DNA of 63,995 nucleotides, filler included, from Chrysochromulina tobinii (Eukaryota), in the NCBI GenBank assembly GCA_001275005.1. It is 7 parts of 7 records of this genome, joined end to end, with 100 filler letters (N's around TTAATTAATTAA, not from the genome) between each part and the next. Parts side by side here need not be neighbours in the genome. Positions count along the whole stretch, not along the records: positions 29,455 to 39,466 come from JWZX01000809.1; positions 39,567 to 48,726 come from JWZX01000810.1; 5 more parts are not named here. One strand, given 5' to 3'. Every line of letters starts with the position of its first letter. Within the stretch, counting starts at the first letter, position 1. Of the stretch, positions 31,101 through 42,501 are shown piece by piece. The notes under the pieces were generated by a model. It was not told the DNA's origin. It worked only from the letters and a program-made list of their open reading frames with translations, and did not search any database. The translations under genes and the position numbers were made by a program.

Positions 31101-34100
31101 TTACGCTGAGTTACGCCGTAGGTGCACTGCGTCAATGTGCGCCATGAGCCGCTCCTCCATGGCCCGTTGCGAGGCATCATGGGCGAAACGTTCATCATGG
31201 AGCAGTCGCTTCACCCGCCGTTCGGTGTCCAGCGCCCGGCCCAACCAGCCCTCGTCCACGTCGTTTTCACGCTCCTCCTCATCAGGGTGGCCGCGCATGC
31301 GGATGGCCGCCTGCAGCCTTCCCCACAAGCTCTTCGGATGCTCGTCAGGTGGCGCGTGCTCCTCCACGAGCCGTTGGTAACTCGCGCCGTCGTGGGCACG
31401 GTCGGCGTGCGATCGGAGAAGTCCGGAGATTGCCTCGAGCTCCGCCGCGAGATCGAGGCGAGCGCGCCGAAAGAGAACATGGGATCGGACGATGGCGTAG
31501 TCGTACCTGTGGGGAAGCGGGGCGCCGTGGTGAGCGCATGCATGCACGTTACGCCTGGCGGAGCCGGCTGTGGGCGTAGTCGTACGAGTCTGAAACGACC
31601 GCGATCAGGATGTTGAGGAGCATGATCATCACGATGAAGGTGTACGCTAGGAAGAGGCCGACTAGGAAGGGTGTCTGGAACCACTCGCGCTCAAAGTCGC
31701 CAATCATCAGCCGGTAGACCGAGATGAGCGTCTCCGACACGGACACGAAGGCCACATCGACGTCGTCCTCGCCCACCACCACGTCCTCGACGCCTTCGTC
31801 GGCACGAACCAAGGGGCGCGCCGAGCCTCCGTCGGCCTCGAACGGCTGGCCCAGACGTCCTCTGTACGCGAGGATGTAGAACATGTTGCCGAAGGCGAGC
31901 ATCACGAGGAGCATGATGACCAAAAACGAGCGGATATCTAGAGCGATCTGCACGAGGCACAGGACGTACCTGTGAAGAAGCAGGGCGCCGTGGTGAGCGC
32001 ATGCATGCATGGTCGGATATCTAGTGCGATCTGCACGAGGCACAGGACGTACGTGGCAAACTTCTGGTTGATCACTTTGACGAATTTCAGCAGCTCGAGG
32101 TAAAGCAACCCCTGGGTCACCGCGGCCAGTGGCGCCAGGTACTCGTGCTCGATCCGTACAGGCTGCGTGGCCATCTTGGCCGTGAGCGCGAGGGCGCCTA
32201 CCAGGAGCAACCCGAGCAGATTTTGGAAGTCGGAGAGCCAAGCGAGGGCTGAGAGGGATTTGGACGGCGGCTCAGGCGCATCCGGCAGGTCCGCAGGCGT
32301 CAGGACGCCCTGTATCTGTGCGGCGTGCTCGCCGAGATGGTGCATCGAGAATGCCTGCAACAGCTCGCGCAGCAGCCGCACGCCACTGAGAGCCCCTACT
32401 GTGGCGACGAGCGCGCTGTCGAGCGGGCCGAGCGGGCCGTCATATCGCAATACACGCGGCCAGAGGGGTGTGGTGATCGCGAGCAGCGCGAGGATCCCCA
32501 CACCGTCCAGGAGCAGGACGGCCATCGAGAGTGGCCGGGTGAGCTTGGCGTCGAGCACCGCCACGAAGAGATCGGCTCGGACGAGGCGCTCGGTGTCGGA
32601 GGCACTGAGCGCGAGTGTTGCTGGGACGAGTCCATCGAGTGCGATCGCCTTCGCCTCGAGCGCATGCCGTTGCACGCGCGTCATCGGCGCTTCGGACACC
32701 TGCTCAATGAAGAAGATGGCTGCCTGCTGCGAGCGCTGCCCGCCCGCGCCAGCGCCCGATAACCGCCTGACCAGCCACGTGTTGTCGACGTAGTCGAGTG
32801 CCATGTGCTGTACCAGAATCTGTTGGACCGCCGGCAGCGAAACGAGCTCAGCACGCTTGGCGACACTAGGCATGTCGAGCACGGCTGCGACGATGGTAGA
32901 TAGCGGCGGCTTGAACTTATGCGCCGACGGTGCTGACGACACTTCTTCCTGAGCTGCGCCGGCGTCGACGGCCTCTTCCGGCGATGCTGTCGTGAGCGTG
33001 GGTACCACCACGCCAGAGCCCACGCCGGCGCCCATGCCGGCGCCCACGTCAGCACCGCCGCCGGTGGCGGCGCGGGATGGTGTATCGGTCAGCACCACGG
33101 CGAGTCCGGCGGCGCGAAGGTGGCTGCTTGCGCTCCTGCCGCCAGCCTCTCCACCTCCACCGCCTGCTGCGCTGCTCCCAGCGGCGACGCCGCCGAAGGA
33201 TGCGAGAAAGTCGAGCACGGGTACTCCGCGACGGAAGCGTCCAAAGAGTACCCTCTCGATCGCTTGCTTTCGCTCGCGCAGCCTCGCCAAGTTCGCGCCG
33301 CCGCCGCCACTGCCGTCGCCGTTGCTGCCGCCGTCTCTCTTGCCGCCACGTTTGCTCGCTCTCGCATTCCTCCTCTCCGCAATCCTCTCTCGGATCCTTT
33401 CGGATGCGCTGCTCGCCGTAGGCTTGGCACCCACCCGAGTCCACACGGTAGGCCGGTAGAATGGCGCCGCGTCGAGCACGCCCCCCACAACGCCCCCGAC
33501 TCCCCCAACGACGCCCCCCACGACAGAGCCAACGCCCCCCACAACGGCACCCAAAGCATTGACCCCCCCCAGCCCCGTGCGTTGAGTGGTCAGCAGTGGA
33601 CGGTTGCTGTTCATCGAGTTGTACAACGTCTCCTCCTCCCAGCAGTCGCGCTCCTTGCAGTACTGGAATTGCGCGCCGTGGCCGCACCAGCCGGGCACCA
33701 CGCACCACGTCGGCGTCTTCACGATCACAGGAGGACCCTCTGGCCTCGCTCTCTCGTCCAGGCGGTGGCGGTGGTTGACGAGCTGGAGCTCGCCATTCAC
33801 AAAGTCCGCAATCCAGTCCTCCGACAATAGGCCCCGCACACCTCCTGGTGTGCTGAAGCGCCCGTCACTAGCTATCGGCTCCTCCTCTACGCTACTCGGC
33901 TCGCGGACAACGATGGCGTCGAAGTCGGGGGCGTTCTCGTCCGGGTGGCCTATCCGCAGCGTGTTCTCACGCGCCTTGCTGAAGGTGAGAGTGACGCGAT
34001 GGATGCCGATGATGATGGACTTTTGGGCCTTGGGGTTGCCCGTACGTGGGAAGCTGATGAGCTCCTCAGGCCCCTCGTTCAGCGAAACGTACGCGTCGCG

Positions 34101-36518
34101 GCTATTGTCGCCATTCGCATAGTGGAACTCAACCACGTACTCGCCCGGGGAGGGTACATGGATGCGCGTGAACGTGAGTGAACGGCCATGGCCCACCCGG
34201 CAGACGAGCGTCCCATCGAGCGCATGAACGTACCCACTACGCACCTCGACACCGCTCAAGAAATTGACGGGTGCGGCGGCGTCGAGCCTGCTCGCCTTCT
34301 TGCGCGCGCGCTGCGACATCATCGCTGGTACCACCTCCTCATGGAGGATGCGCTGCAGCTCCGCACTCGTCTGGGTCTCGAACTCGGCGAGGCTCGGGTC
34401 GAGGTCGAGTGGCTCATCGACACGGATCGCCTCGCCCAAGGCCTCGAAATAGGCTATCGCAGGGCCTGGCTGTGCTGAGCTCACGACGCGGAGCAACCAC
34501 TCAATGAGCGGGGCGCTCGATTCGGTGAGCAGCTTGGAGCGCGTACCCGGCAGCCGCAGCAGCGCCAGCCACTCGGCGAGCTCCAGCTGAGAAGCCTCGA
34601 GCCGCTGGACGAGCTCCGAGAGGAGCAAGGGTATGGGAAGGAGCAAAGGAGCAAGCCATTGGGCGCGGGTGCTGGCATCGACGGGCCGAGGTAGCCGCGT
34701 CGCGTGCTTTGCGACGGCGCTGAAGGCGAAGCTCGCCCGACGGCTCCAGTACGCGCTTGGATCGCGGCCGTCGGTGCCCGGCGGCTCGATGAGCAGAAGG
34801 CTATCCCCTGTCGCGCGGCACGGGAGGCCCCAGACGCGCCCGTCGGGGGCACTTACGGCTCCCTTGAACTTCAGGAGCTCGGCGCTGCCCCCGAGCGCCG
34901 GTCCGACAGTCTGGATCTTGTGGGTGGGCGGGTCCAAGGTCATCACTTTGGTCGCTCCGCTAGGGAGCGCGTACATCTTGCCATCTTCGGCACGCACCGT
35001 CGAGCCCCACTTGGTGCCTTGAGCGTTCAACCCAGAGCCGAACTCAAGCACGTTCGCCTCCACCCACGATCCCGAGGTCATCGACGTCGTGCGCGCGCCC
35101 ACATCATACGCCAGACGCGGCAGGTTGTCCACCTCGGCAGGGTGCACGCGCAGCCAGCGCACCGCACCCGCCGGTGCGGCATACAGGAGCCCATCCGCGC
35201 CCATCTCGACGCCTACAAAGTCGGCGCCATTCCGGGCTCGGGTACTCGACCACGTCGGGACTTCGGGTCCGACGAGCTCAACGGCCTGCGTCGTGGGCGA
35301 GATCTTGAGTAGCCGGCGCGCCGCGTAGCACACGGCCCAGATGCACCCGTCGGGCCCGTTGGCTGCGCCCTCCCATTTCCCGAGGCCCTTGAGGGTCGGC
35401 CCGATGAGAGTGGTCTCTTGCGTGAGTGGGTCGATCATCAAGACGCGATCGTGATCGAAGGGGACGCAGTAGATGCACCCGTCGCTGCCGAGGCATGCGC
35501 CGAGCCACTTGCACGAGTCCGTGAGCCCAAAGCTCTCACCAATAAAGCGGCAGCGCTCGCCGGCTCGCACATTCGCCTTCGTGTCCACCCGCAACACCCG
35601 ATGCAAGCGCCCCGGAGGACAGTACAAGCAGCCGTCGGGGGCGAGCACGACCGCGCTCCCAAACTTCTGATGCTCGACTGCGTTCGAGCCATCGAAGGTA
35701 TGCACAATCTCGGCGCGCACGCACGGCCGTTCGCTCATGGCCTCCAGCTCGGCACCGCGCTCCACCTGCATCGGGTCGAATCGGAAGATGCATGAGGCAT
35801 CCTCCGGGATGGCGTACACCCAGCCGTCATGGCCCACCTGTGCTGCGGCAAACTTGCCTGAGAGCGCGCGCCCGCCGCGTAAGACCGCCGATCCTGGCGC
35901 GCCGTCGAGGTACAGGTCAACGAGCCTCACCCGTGCCGACAGCTCGGCCGCGGGCGTGGCAGAAGGTGCGCCGGCAGAAGGTGCGCCGACCGAGGCGGCG
36001 GCGGCTGCAGCGGCGGCGGCTGATGCGGCGGCGGCTGATGCGGCGGTGGCGGTGGCGGCGGTGGCGGCTGAAGCAGTGGCCGTTGCAGTGGCCCTTGCAG
36101 TGGCCCTTGCGGAGACCCTGCGATCCGTGCCCACGGAGGCGGAGATCGCGTAGGCGTTCGTCGTGACCAGAGCACCGCGGGGCGAGATGGGCGGCAGCAT
36201 CTGCTGATAGTGAGCAACCCCACACGATGCGAGGGCGTTGACCCAGCGGTCGTAATCCTCCGAGGTTTCGGCGGCCAGAATGTAGAAGGCCATTTCGCCG
36301 ATGAGACGGAACGCGTGCTCCTTCTCCTGCCAGAGTGGCCCTGGCTGATGAATGCTGGCGCCTTGAACGTTGATCGGTGGATGGCGAGGCCGGTCCACAT
36401 CGGCATTGTCGAAGTAGGAAAGCCGACAGTCTGACGTGAGGACAAACCAGCGTCGCATCCAGCGCACATCTCCGAGTTTCCAGAGAGGGCCCGCGATGAC
36501 CGTGGTCACCGTCGCCAT
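31101..36518 (-). CDS. ~1751-aa protein with a PH domain, beta-propeller-like repeats, a CBM6/35-like domain and a TRP-like channel (exons 36518-32053, 31969-31586, 31506-31101)
   Basis: PH: GPLWKLG..WMRRWFVL...WVNAL. Repeats of DGxxYxxP. CBM-like: YVVEFHYANG..NTLRIG..APDFDAI. S5-pore-S6: FLVIMLLVMLAFGNMFYIL..VYRLMIGDF..LLNILIAVVSDSYD. Confidence 0.8.
31970..32052 (-). repeat. Intron made of a 39-nt copy of the downstream exon start plus the shared 3' module
   Basis: 32014-32052 matches 31931-31969 with 1 mismatch; followed by ...GCGCTCACCACGGCGCC...CACAG. Confidence 0.9.
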
Positions 36519-36687
36519 CTACATGTAGAGCGAGGACTGCATGCGAGGGAAAACTTCCGTGCCAGGTGTGAAGAGTGCGTGTCGTGAACACGAAATTAGA
36601 ACTGGAAGTGAGATTGGGGAGGCCTAGAGATTGGTTTTTGGCTTCCATGTTTAGTCGGCCGCGTCGGCGACGACGACGAGCAAAACA

Positions 36688-37842
36688 ATGTACAAGGCGA
36701 GCAAGAAGCGGCGAAGGCAGCAATTGGAGGGCGGCGCGCCTGCGGCTCCCTCTTCGTCTTCCACTAGTCCTCTGGAACAACCACCAGCTACTCAGGGAAA
36801 TGTGATGGCCACACGCGGGCTGTCGAAGACGCAAAAGCGCAAGCTGCAGAAGAAGCGCGCAGCCAAGAGACTTGCCGAGGAGCTACAGACTGGAGCCGCG
36901 GAGCAGCGCAGGCACAGTCGCGCGCAGGAAATCAAGGCAGCGCGGACACGGACGGCGAGCACGGCAACGGCCTTGGCAGTGGCACACGAAGACTCGCACG
37001 TCATAGTCGTCAACAAGGCAGCCGGCATGTTGTGCCATCCGAGCCCCGGCTATTGGGAACGCGGCACTGTCGTGCACGCGCTGCCCTCACGTGAGCGCCG
37101 GCCTGGCTTCTCGGCGATCGCTCCGGAGATGCTCGAAGCGCGCCAGGAGCCCACGGGCGAGGCGGACAGCTTCATCCCTCGCGCCATTGTTCACCGGTTG
37201 GATAAAGGGACCACGGGCGTGCTCCTGATCGCCAAGACGCCCGAGGCGGAGGCGCACCTCGCCGAGGCGTTCCGAAGGCGCACGATCTCCAAGCGGTACG
37301 TGGCGCTGGTGCAAGGGCAGGTGCGACTGAGCGCCACCAAGAGCGTCGCCGCGCTGAGCGAGAGCTCCATTAGGTTCGTCAATGAGAGCGCAATTGAGGT
37401 CAGTGCGCCCATCGACAAGGACCCCGAGCAGCCTGGAAGGATGAGGGTGCATGCATTGGGCAAGGCGGCTCGCAGCAGGGTGCATTTGCATGCGTGGAGC
37501 CCCGAGGCGCTGGTGAGCCTCGTCTCTGTCGAGCTCTTCACCGGCCGAACGCATCAAATCCGTGTGCACTGTGCACACGTGGACGCTCCGCTCGTGAACG
37601 ACGACGTGTACGGGCGACCCGAGGACGTCAGTGCTGCACGGGAACGCTACGGGCCGCTCATGAAGGCGCGCCCGATGCTTCACTCGTGGCGCGTCAAGGT
37701 GGCGCACCCCGACCCGGCCAAGAAGGACGCTCTCGAGGTGAGCGCGGCATTGCCAGAGGACATGGCCCGCATCATCCGGATGCTGTGGTCAGATCTCGGA
37801 ACCGACCCCGCGGCGTGGCCTCTTGCGGCCATTCAACCTTAG
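36688..37842 (+). CDS. RluA-family RNA pseudouridine synthase
   Basis: VNKAAGMLCHP, HRLDKGTTGVLL, KRYVALV and GRTHQIRVH; start may be the second ATG near 36804. Confidence 0.92.
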   Translation: MYKASKKRRRQQLEGGAPAAPSSSSTSPLEQPPATQGNVMATRGLSKTQKRKLQKKRAAKRLAEELQTGAAEQRRHSRAQEIKAARTRTASTATALAVAHEDSHVIVVNKAAGMLCHPSPGYWERGTVVHALPSRERRPGFSAIAPEMLEARQEPTGEADSFIPRAIVHRLDKGTTGVLLIAKTPEAEAHLAEAFRRRTISKRYVALVQGQVRLSATKSVAALSESSIRFVNESAIEVSAPIDKDPEQPGRMRVHALGKAARSRVHLHAWSPEALVSLVSVELFTGRTHQIRVHCAHVDAPLVNDDVYGRPEDVSAARERYGPLMKARPMLHSWRVKVAHPDPAKKDALEVSAALPEDMARIIRMLWSDLGTDPAAWPLAAIQP

Positions 37843-37943
37843 TACAGAGCTGTGAGAGCTTGATGTTTGCATGCAACTTTCATTTTTTGGGACGTTTCGT
37901 GTTTGCTTTTTTGGCGACTGTCGTCGTGCTCGCTCGTCATCGC

Positions 37944-39173
37944 ATGTCGGGTACGCTCTCGAAACTCGAAAGTTGGATCTCGTCGGAGACTGCCAAGAAG
38001 GGCAACAAGGTCAAGCTGCAGCAGCCGCCACCCTCGGAATCCCCTGCCGGCGGCTCACAGCCGTCCTCGAACGGCGCCGCAAAGCCGAAGCCCTCTACTC
38101 AATCCGTCGCGCCGCCGGGACTCGGCTACGTGCTGCACTCTCGTGACGCTTTGCTCGACGCGATCGCAAGCAAGAGCCTTGACGCTCTTTCTGACAAGCT
38201 CTTGAAATGGACTGGTCAGTCGACGTTCATCGACTTCGAATGTTTCCACACCCTAGCCTATGAGCTGCTTGGGGAGAAAGCATCGGCGGAAGCTGTGGAC
38301 TCCATGTTTCAGCAGTGCCAGGAGATGTCTGAAGGAGACGATGGGCGGCTGCTTCTTGCCGAGCTCCACCGCCGCGCACGCCATGAGACGCAAGAAACGA
38401 GGTTGCAACACCTGACGCTGCGTGCCGGCAATGCCTTTGGCAACCGACAGCTGCAAAAGTTCGAGACCAACTACCGGGTGATGACAGACCGGCACGTGCG
38501 CACGCACGCGCGCATCGTCGTGGGCGAGCGCGCCGACGAGGAAGTGCAGCTTCGACGATACATCACCGCCCACCGCAACCTCGAGCGCAGCCGGATGAGG
38601 GATCGCACTGCTCGGACGGTAGACACTTATGAGAGGCTGCGGCTGCCGCGTCAGGGTGATCCGCGTGTGCAGCCGCCCCTGCGCTCGTCGATTTCGATGG
38701 GTTCGCTTGCAAGCCAGCCACGCCGAACCTCTGTGGGATACACCAATCCGGACGCGCCAGGCACCCTACGCCTTCAGGCTTCGTACCGAACGGCGGCCAT
38801 GCACGCGGGTGCGGCCGTGCTGCCCCCTCTCGAGAAGCGCAGGGACGAGATGAACTTGCTGACCCCTCTTTCGAGGCGAAGGGACGAGTCAAACATGCTA
38901 CCCAGCAAGCAACTCAATGGTGGCGACTCGCCTGCTGCCTCGTGGCCGCAGATGGAGAGCTCGGTGGGCTTTACCGAGGTAGGTCCTCTCCGCCGGTCGA
39001 CGTCGCACGTGCAGGCGGAGCCGCTGACAGTCAACTCGCGGGAGGCAGCCAAGCCGTGGCCTGCGATCGATTTGGTTTCGGAACAATATTTGGCCTCCTC
39101 GCGGCAAGTGTATGATTCCAGGGGGCCTACGGATGCGGGGCTGGCCGGTAGAGCCCTTTTCATTCGGCGGTAG
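37944..39173 (+). CDS. Hypothetical protein with a degenerate EF-hand-like segment
   Basis: Long ORF from MSGTLSK; IDFECF..L / VDSMF..DDGRLLLAEL. Confidence 0.6.
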   Translation: MSGTLSKLESWISSETAKKGNKVKLQQPPPSESPAGGSQPSSNGAAKPKPSTQSVAPPGLGYVLHSRDALLDAIASKSLDALSDKLLKWTGQSTFIDFECFHTLAYELLGEKASAEAVDSMFQQCQEMSEGDDGRLLLAELHRRARHETQETRLQHLTLRAGNAFGNRQLQKFETNYRVMTDRHVRTHARIVVGERADEEVQLRRYITAHRNLERSRMRDRTARTVDTYERLRLPRQGDPRVQPPLRSSISMGSLASQPRRTSVGYTNPDAPGTLRLQASYRTAAMHAGAAVLPPLEKRRDEMNLLTPLSRRRDESNMLPSKQLNGGDSPAASWPQMESSVGFTEVGPLRRSTSHVQAEPLTVNSREAAKPWPAIDLVSEQYLASSRQVYDSRGPTDAGLAGRALFIRR

Positions 39174-39378
39174 GGATCCACGCTGAATTGTGACAAGGGC
39201 CAGCCCCTTGATTGTGAAGTCATTTTTCAGCGGTTATCCCTACAGCCAAAGAAGGGTGTACATGTCTTTCTGTAAAAGGGCTAAATGGACATTGTCAGGA
39301 CAAAGTATCCGGATACGGTCAGGAGGTCGATTCTTTGCCTGTAGATGCCGAGCGTGCACTGACAGCTGCGTTTCGCCT

Positions 39379-39466
39379 AGTCAAGTCAAGTCTATACATA
39401 AACAACAGACAACCAGACGGAAGCCTATCGAATGTGCTCCGGAAGCCAGCAGGGGAGGACGGGAGT
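39379..39466 (-). repeat. Retroelement-like 3' end with a (CTTGA)n tail, cut by the gap; similar to 57511-57603
   Basis: Shared core CATAAACrACAGACAACC..ACGGAAGCCTATCGAATGTGCTC next to TCAAG repeats. Confidence 0.7.
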
Positions 39467-39566
39467 NNNNNNNNNNNNNNNNNNNNNNNNNNNNNNNNNN
39501 NNNNNNNNNNTTAATTAATTAANNNNNNNNNNNNNNNNNNNNNNNNNNNNNNNNNNNNNNNNNNNN
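39467..39566. other. Artificial contig spacer
   Basis: N44-TTAATTAATTAA-N44. Confidence 0.98.
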
Positions 39567-39718
39567 CTCCATGCTACTCGGGCACGGTGTGTTAGGGCAT
39601 GAGCCGCTCTCCGTGTGTGAGGTCGCGTGAACGGTTTCTTGGGTGGAAAGGCCGTGTCCAGCGGTTCACAGATCAGAATTTCAGACCCCCTGGTTCACAC
39701 ACGCGAGGTGGCTTCATA

Positions 39719-40747
39719 ATGCCCCTCGGGGTTGCGATCGGCATCGTCATCGCAAGCGCCGGGCGCTTACGGCTCGAGGATCGACTAGTGCAGAAGGCGG
39801 GAGTGTTGCACGCCGCAGTCAATCCCACTGCATCTCTGCAAGTCGCCGGCGTAGCCAGGGTGGACAAAGTTCTCAGCAGCGACGCATGCGCAGTGCTGAA
39901 GCAGCACATCCTCACTCTCCGCGATCAAGCGGTTGCCCCCACCGCGCAGCGTTGGGCGGTGTGGATGGGCGCGGCAGACAGCCGGTACATCCCTGGCTCT
40001 CGCGTGCGCTTCTCATCCGCACTCGAGGAGCGGCTCACGCCGCAGCGATCGGACGTTCTTCTGCCACTCGAGTCTGGCCTCGTAGCCGATGCGCTACGCA
40101 CCGCGTGCGCCCGCCTGAAACCTGTCCTCGCCGAGGCTGTCGCCGCTTTGCCACTCACTGCAGTCGACAAGGCGGCCTCACAAAATGGCATCGCCAGCAC
40201 ATCGAGCCAGCAGCTCACGGAGATCGAACTTGTCGAGTGCGGCGCAATCATCGCTCGCCCGGGCTCCGCGCACCAGGCCGTGCACGCCGACTTTCGGCGG
40301 GATAACGTCATGGTGATGGGCACTTCGCCCCCCGTGTTACCCGGCGGCGCCGAACGCAGCAGCGCTGCCGAGCGTCCCAACATGCCGCCACGCGTCGTGA
40401 CGTTTGTTTATCTGCAGGACACTCCAACGGCCGACCACGGCCCCACCTGCTTCCTTCCGGGCACGGCGAATGCAGCTGCCCATGCGCAGATGTTCAGTGA
40501 GAGCGGCGGCATGCGGCCGGGCAGCCTTGACGGATGCGTGTCCGAGCTGGCCACCGTCCGTGCGGGCGATGCAGTCGTGTACGATGCGTCAGTATTGCAC
40601 TTTGGGACGGCCAACACGGTTGCCGGCAACGAGCGAGTGGTCTTGTACTTTGGGCTCTCACGGGGAGGGCACGCGGCGGAATGCGCTGGCCCCACTCCGG
40701 AAGGATGGGAGCCGGTGGAACCCGTCCGGTTCTGGGACTACTGTTGA
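39719..40747 (+). CDS. PhyH-family 2OG-Fe(II) dioxygenase
   Basis: QAVHAD (HxD), HGPTCFLPGT, AGDAVVYDASVLHFGTAN...R. Confidence 0.82.
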   Translation: MPLGVAIGIVIASAGRLRLEDRLVQKAGVLHAAVNPTASLQVAGVARVDKVLSSDACAVLKQHILTLRDQAVAPTAQRWAVWMGAADSRYIPGSRVRFSSALEERLTPQRSDVLLPLESGLVADALRTACARLKPVLAEAVAALPLTAVDKAASQNGIASTSSQQLTEIELVECGAIIARPGSAHQAVHADFRRDNVMVMGTSPPVLPGGAERSSAAERPNMPPRVVTFVYLQDTPTADHGPTCFLPGTANAAAHAQMFSESGGMRPGSLDGCVSELATVRAGDAVVYDASVLHFGTANTVAGNERVVLYFGLSRGGHAAECAGPTPEGWEPVEPVRFWDYC

Positions 40748-41407
40748 GCGTTCGAGCCTGGACAGAAAACCGTCAGAGAATTAAGCAGAGAATCGGGGTG
40801 CTCGGCTTGCATCGAGCCGGTTTTAGAAGGGCTGGGCGTTGGCCGGGCGTCCGGATACACCGGAGCGCCTTTGTGATAGTATACGATCGAAGACGACGAC
40901 GTATCGTTCCGTCCGGCTCCGCGGTGGCGCGTCAGCCGCAAGTCCGACCAGAGATCGTCGTTCTCCGGCGTCACCGCGATCCCGGTCCGGTAACCGACCC
41001 GGCACGAATCCGCGGAATCTGTAATCTCAAATGGCACATCTCGACACAGACCGTTGACGTACCACATCCGGCTCGGCGCTCGCCTCTTTTCTATGGCCCG
41101 GCCGCGAAAAGCCGCGAAGGAGCGCGATCGTGCGGCACGCGTGCCTTTGGACGGCTATTGCCATTGGCTGTGGCTATGAACGGAGTCAGCGGACCCGAGT
41201 TGGCCAAGAAACACATCTCGAAACATCGGGCAAATATTGATCCGGGTGCAATACACACCATCCTTGTAAAAAGCTCAAGAGAGAGCGGATGACTGCGGAT
41301 GAGAGACGCAGGAGAAGCAACGCAGGAGTCTAGGTCCAAGCAGCAGCGACAGGCGGTGGTCTCGATCCATCGGCCGGACGTACCTAACTATGAAGAGCTT
41401 CTTGTGC

Positions 41408-42202
41408 CTATGGTGATGAAGAGCTTCTTGTGCCGGTTGGTGGCGGCGACGGTGGCGGCGGCGGCGGCGGCAACGGTGGCGGCGACTGTGGCTGCGAGGG
41501 CGCTGGCAAATGAGCAATCTCGCCACCACCAGGTGAAGCGAACAGCAGCGCGCACATGCCCACCAAGATGGAGAGCACCGTGAACACCACCACGCCTTCG
41601 GCGTGCACGAGCTGACCCACTGGCACGCGAGCCTGCAATGTTGGCGCGATGACACGCGCGCGCCGCCATCGGCACCGCCGCTCTGCTCGCCTCCACCAGA
41701 GACGGCTGGTGCAGCACAGGAAGAGTTGTGGCGGCGGCAGAATCACGGCACGGTGCGTGGCATTGGTGGACGGCGCGTCGTACCTCAGGTGCAGTGGCAC
41801 CACGCTGAGAAGGCCATCTGATGAAGTGCCAAGTGGCCCGTGCACGAGCGCCCGAATGGTTCGGCTATCAGAGGTAAGCAACTCCGGAGAAATTACGTTG
41901 AAAACAATGACTCTGTCCGCGCCGCCGAGCTTGCCAAATTGCCCGAGTCGCTCTAGCTGATGCGGGTCAAAGAAGGCTCCCGGCGGCAGCTGCTCCAATG
42001 TCGCCCAATGAGAGCAGCCAGAGGCAGAAGTGCGCAACCCTTGCGACGACGTCTGGAGCTCAAGATGAAAGCCGGAGCCACGTAGCACCCGAGTGAGCTC
42101 GTGGCTCGACCACCAGACCGAAGGAATGCTGTCGCGGCCGGCGCGCGCCAGTAAAGAGGCCAAATCCTCCATTCCCTGCGATTCCGCGGCCATTTCTGGC
42201 AA
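41408..42202 (-). CDS. PIGX: PIG-X/PBN1-like GPI mannosyltransferase I subunit
   Basis: LEQLPPGAFFDPHQL, VPLHLRY, PPPQLFLCC, VPVG..H...V followed by a TM helix; ends may be affected by splicing. Confidence 0.72.
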   Translation of the reverse strand: MPEMAAESQGMEDLASLLARAGRDSIPSVWWSSHELTRVLRGSGFHLELQTSSQGLRTSASGCSHWATLEQLPPGAFFDPHQLERLGQFGKLGGADRVIVFNVISPELLTSDSRTIRALVHGPLGTSSDGLLSVVPLHLRYDAPSTNATHRAVILPPPQLFLCCTSRLWWRRAERRCRWRRARVIAPTLQARVPVGQLVHAEGVVVFTVLSILVGMCALLFASPGGGEIAHLPAPSQPQSPPPLPPPPPPPSPPPTGTRSSSSP

Positions 42203-42501
42203 GTTTGTGCCTGCATACAGAACTGAGTCCTCGCTGCCTCGCTGCCTCGTGTGGCACCGTGGGGCGGCGCTGCTCCCCGATACTCATACTGGAATCACAC
42301 CATCATGCACAGTGCAAAAGGGTAAGAAAATATCACACCTCGGCGCCGGGTCGGGTATGACGTTGACCGTTGTACCGTACGGACCACCCCTTACAGTGTC
42401 CAGAAATGCCTTTACACTCCGGTGAGCTCAGACGCAGTCGACTAACAGTGGCAGCCTTTGCGAGGGGCTTCGAAAGCCGTACGTCCATGCCACATGTTTC
42501 G

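Noticed and set aside
11988..32241. Recurring peptides MHASAHHGA / CMQVLTTAP as a protein motif
   Set aside because: These are translations of the shared intron 3' module in different frames.
40750..41400. Possible extra minus-strand exons after PIG-X
   Set aside because: No continuous frame or recognisable motif found by eye.
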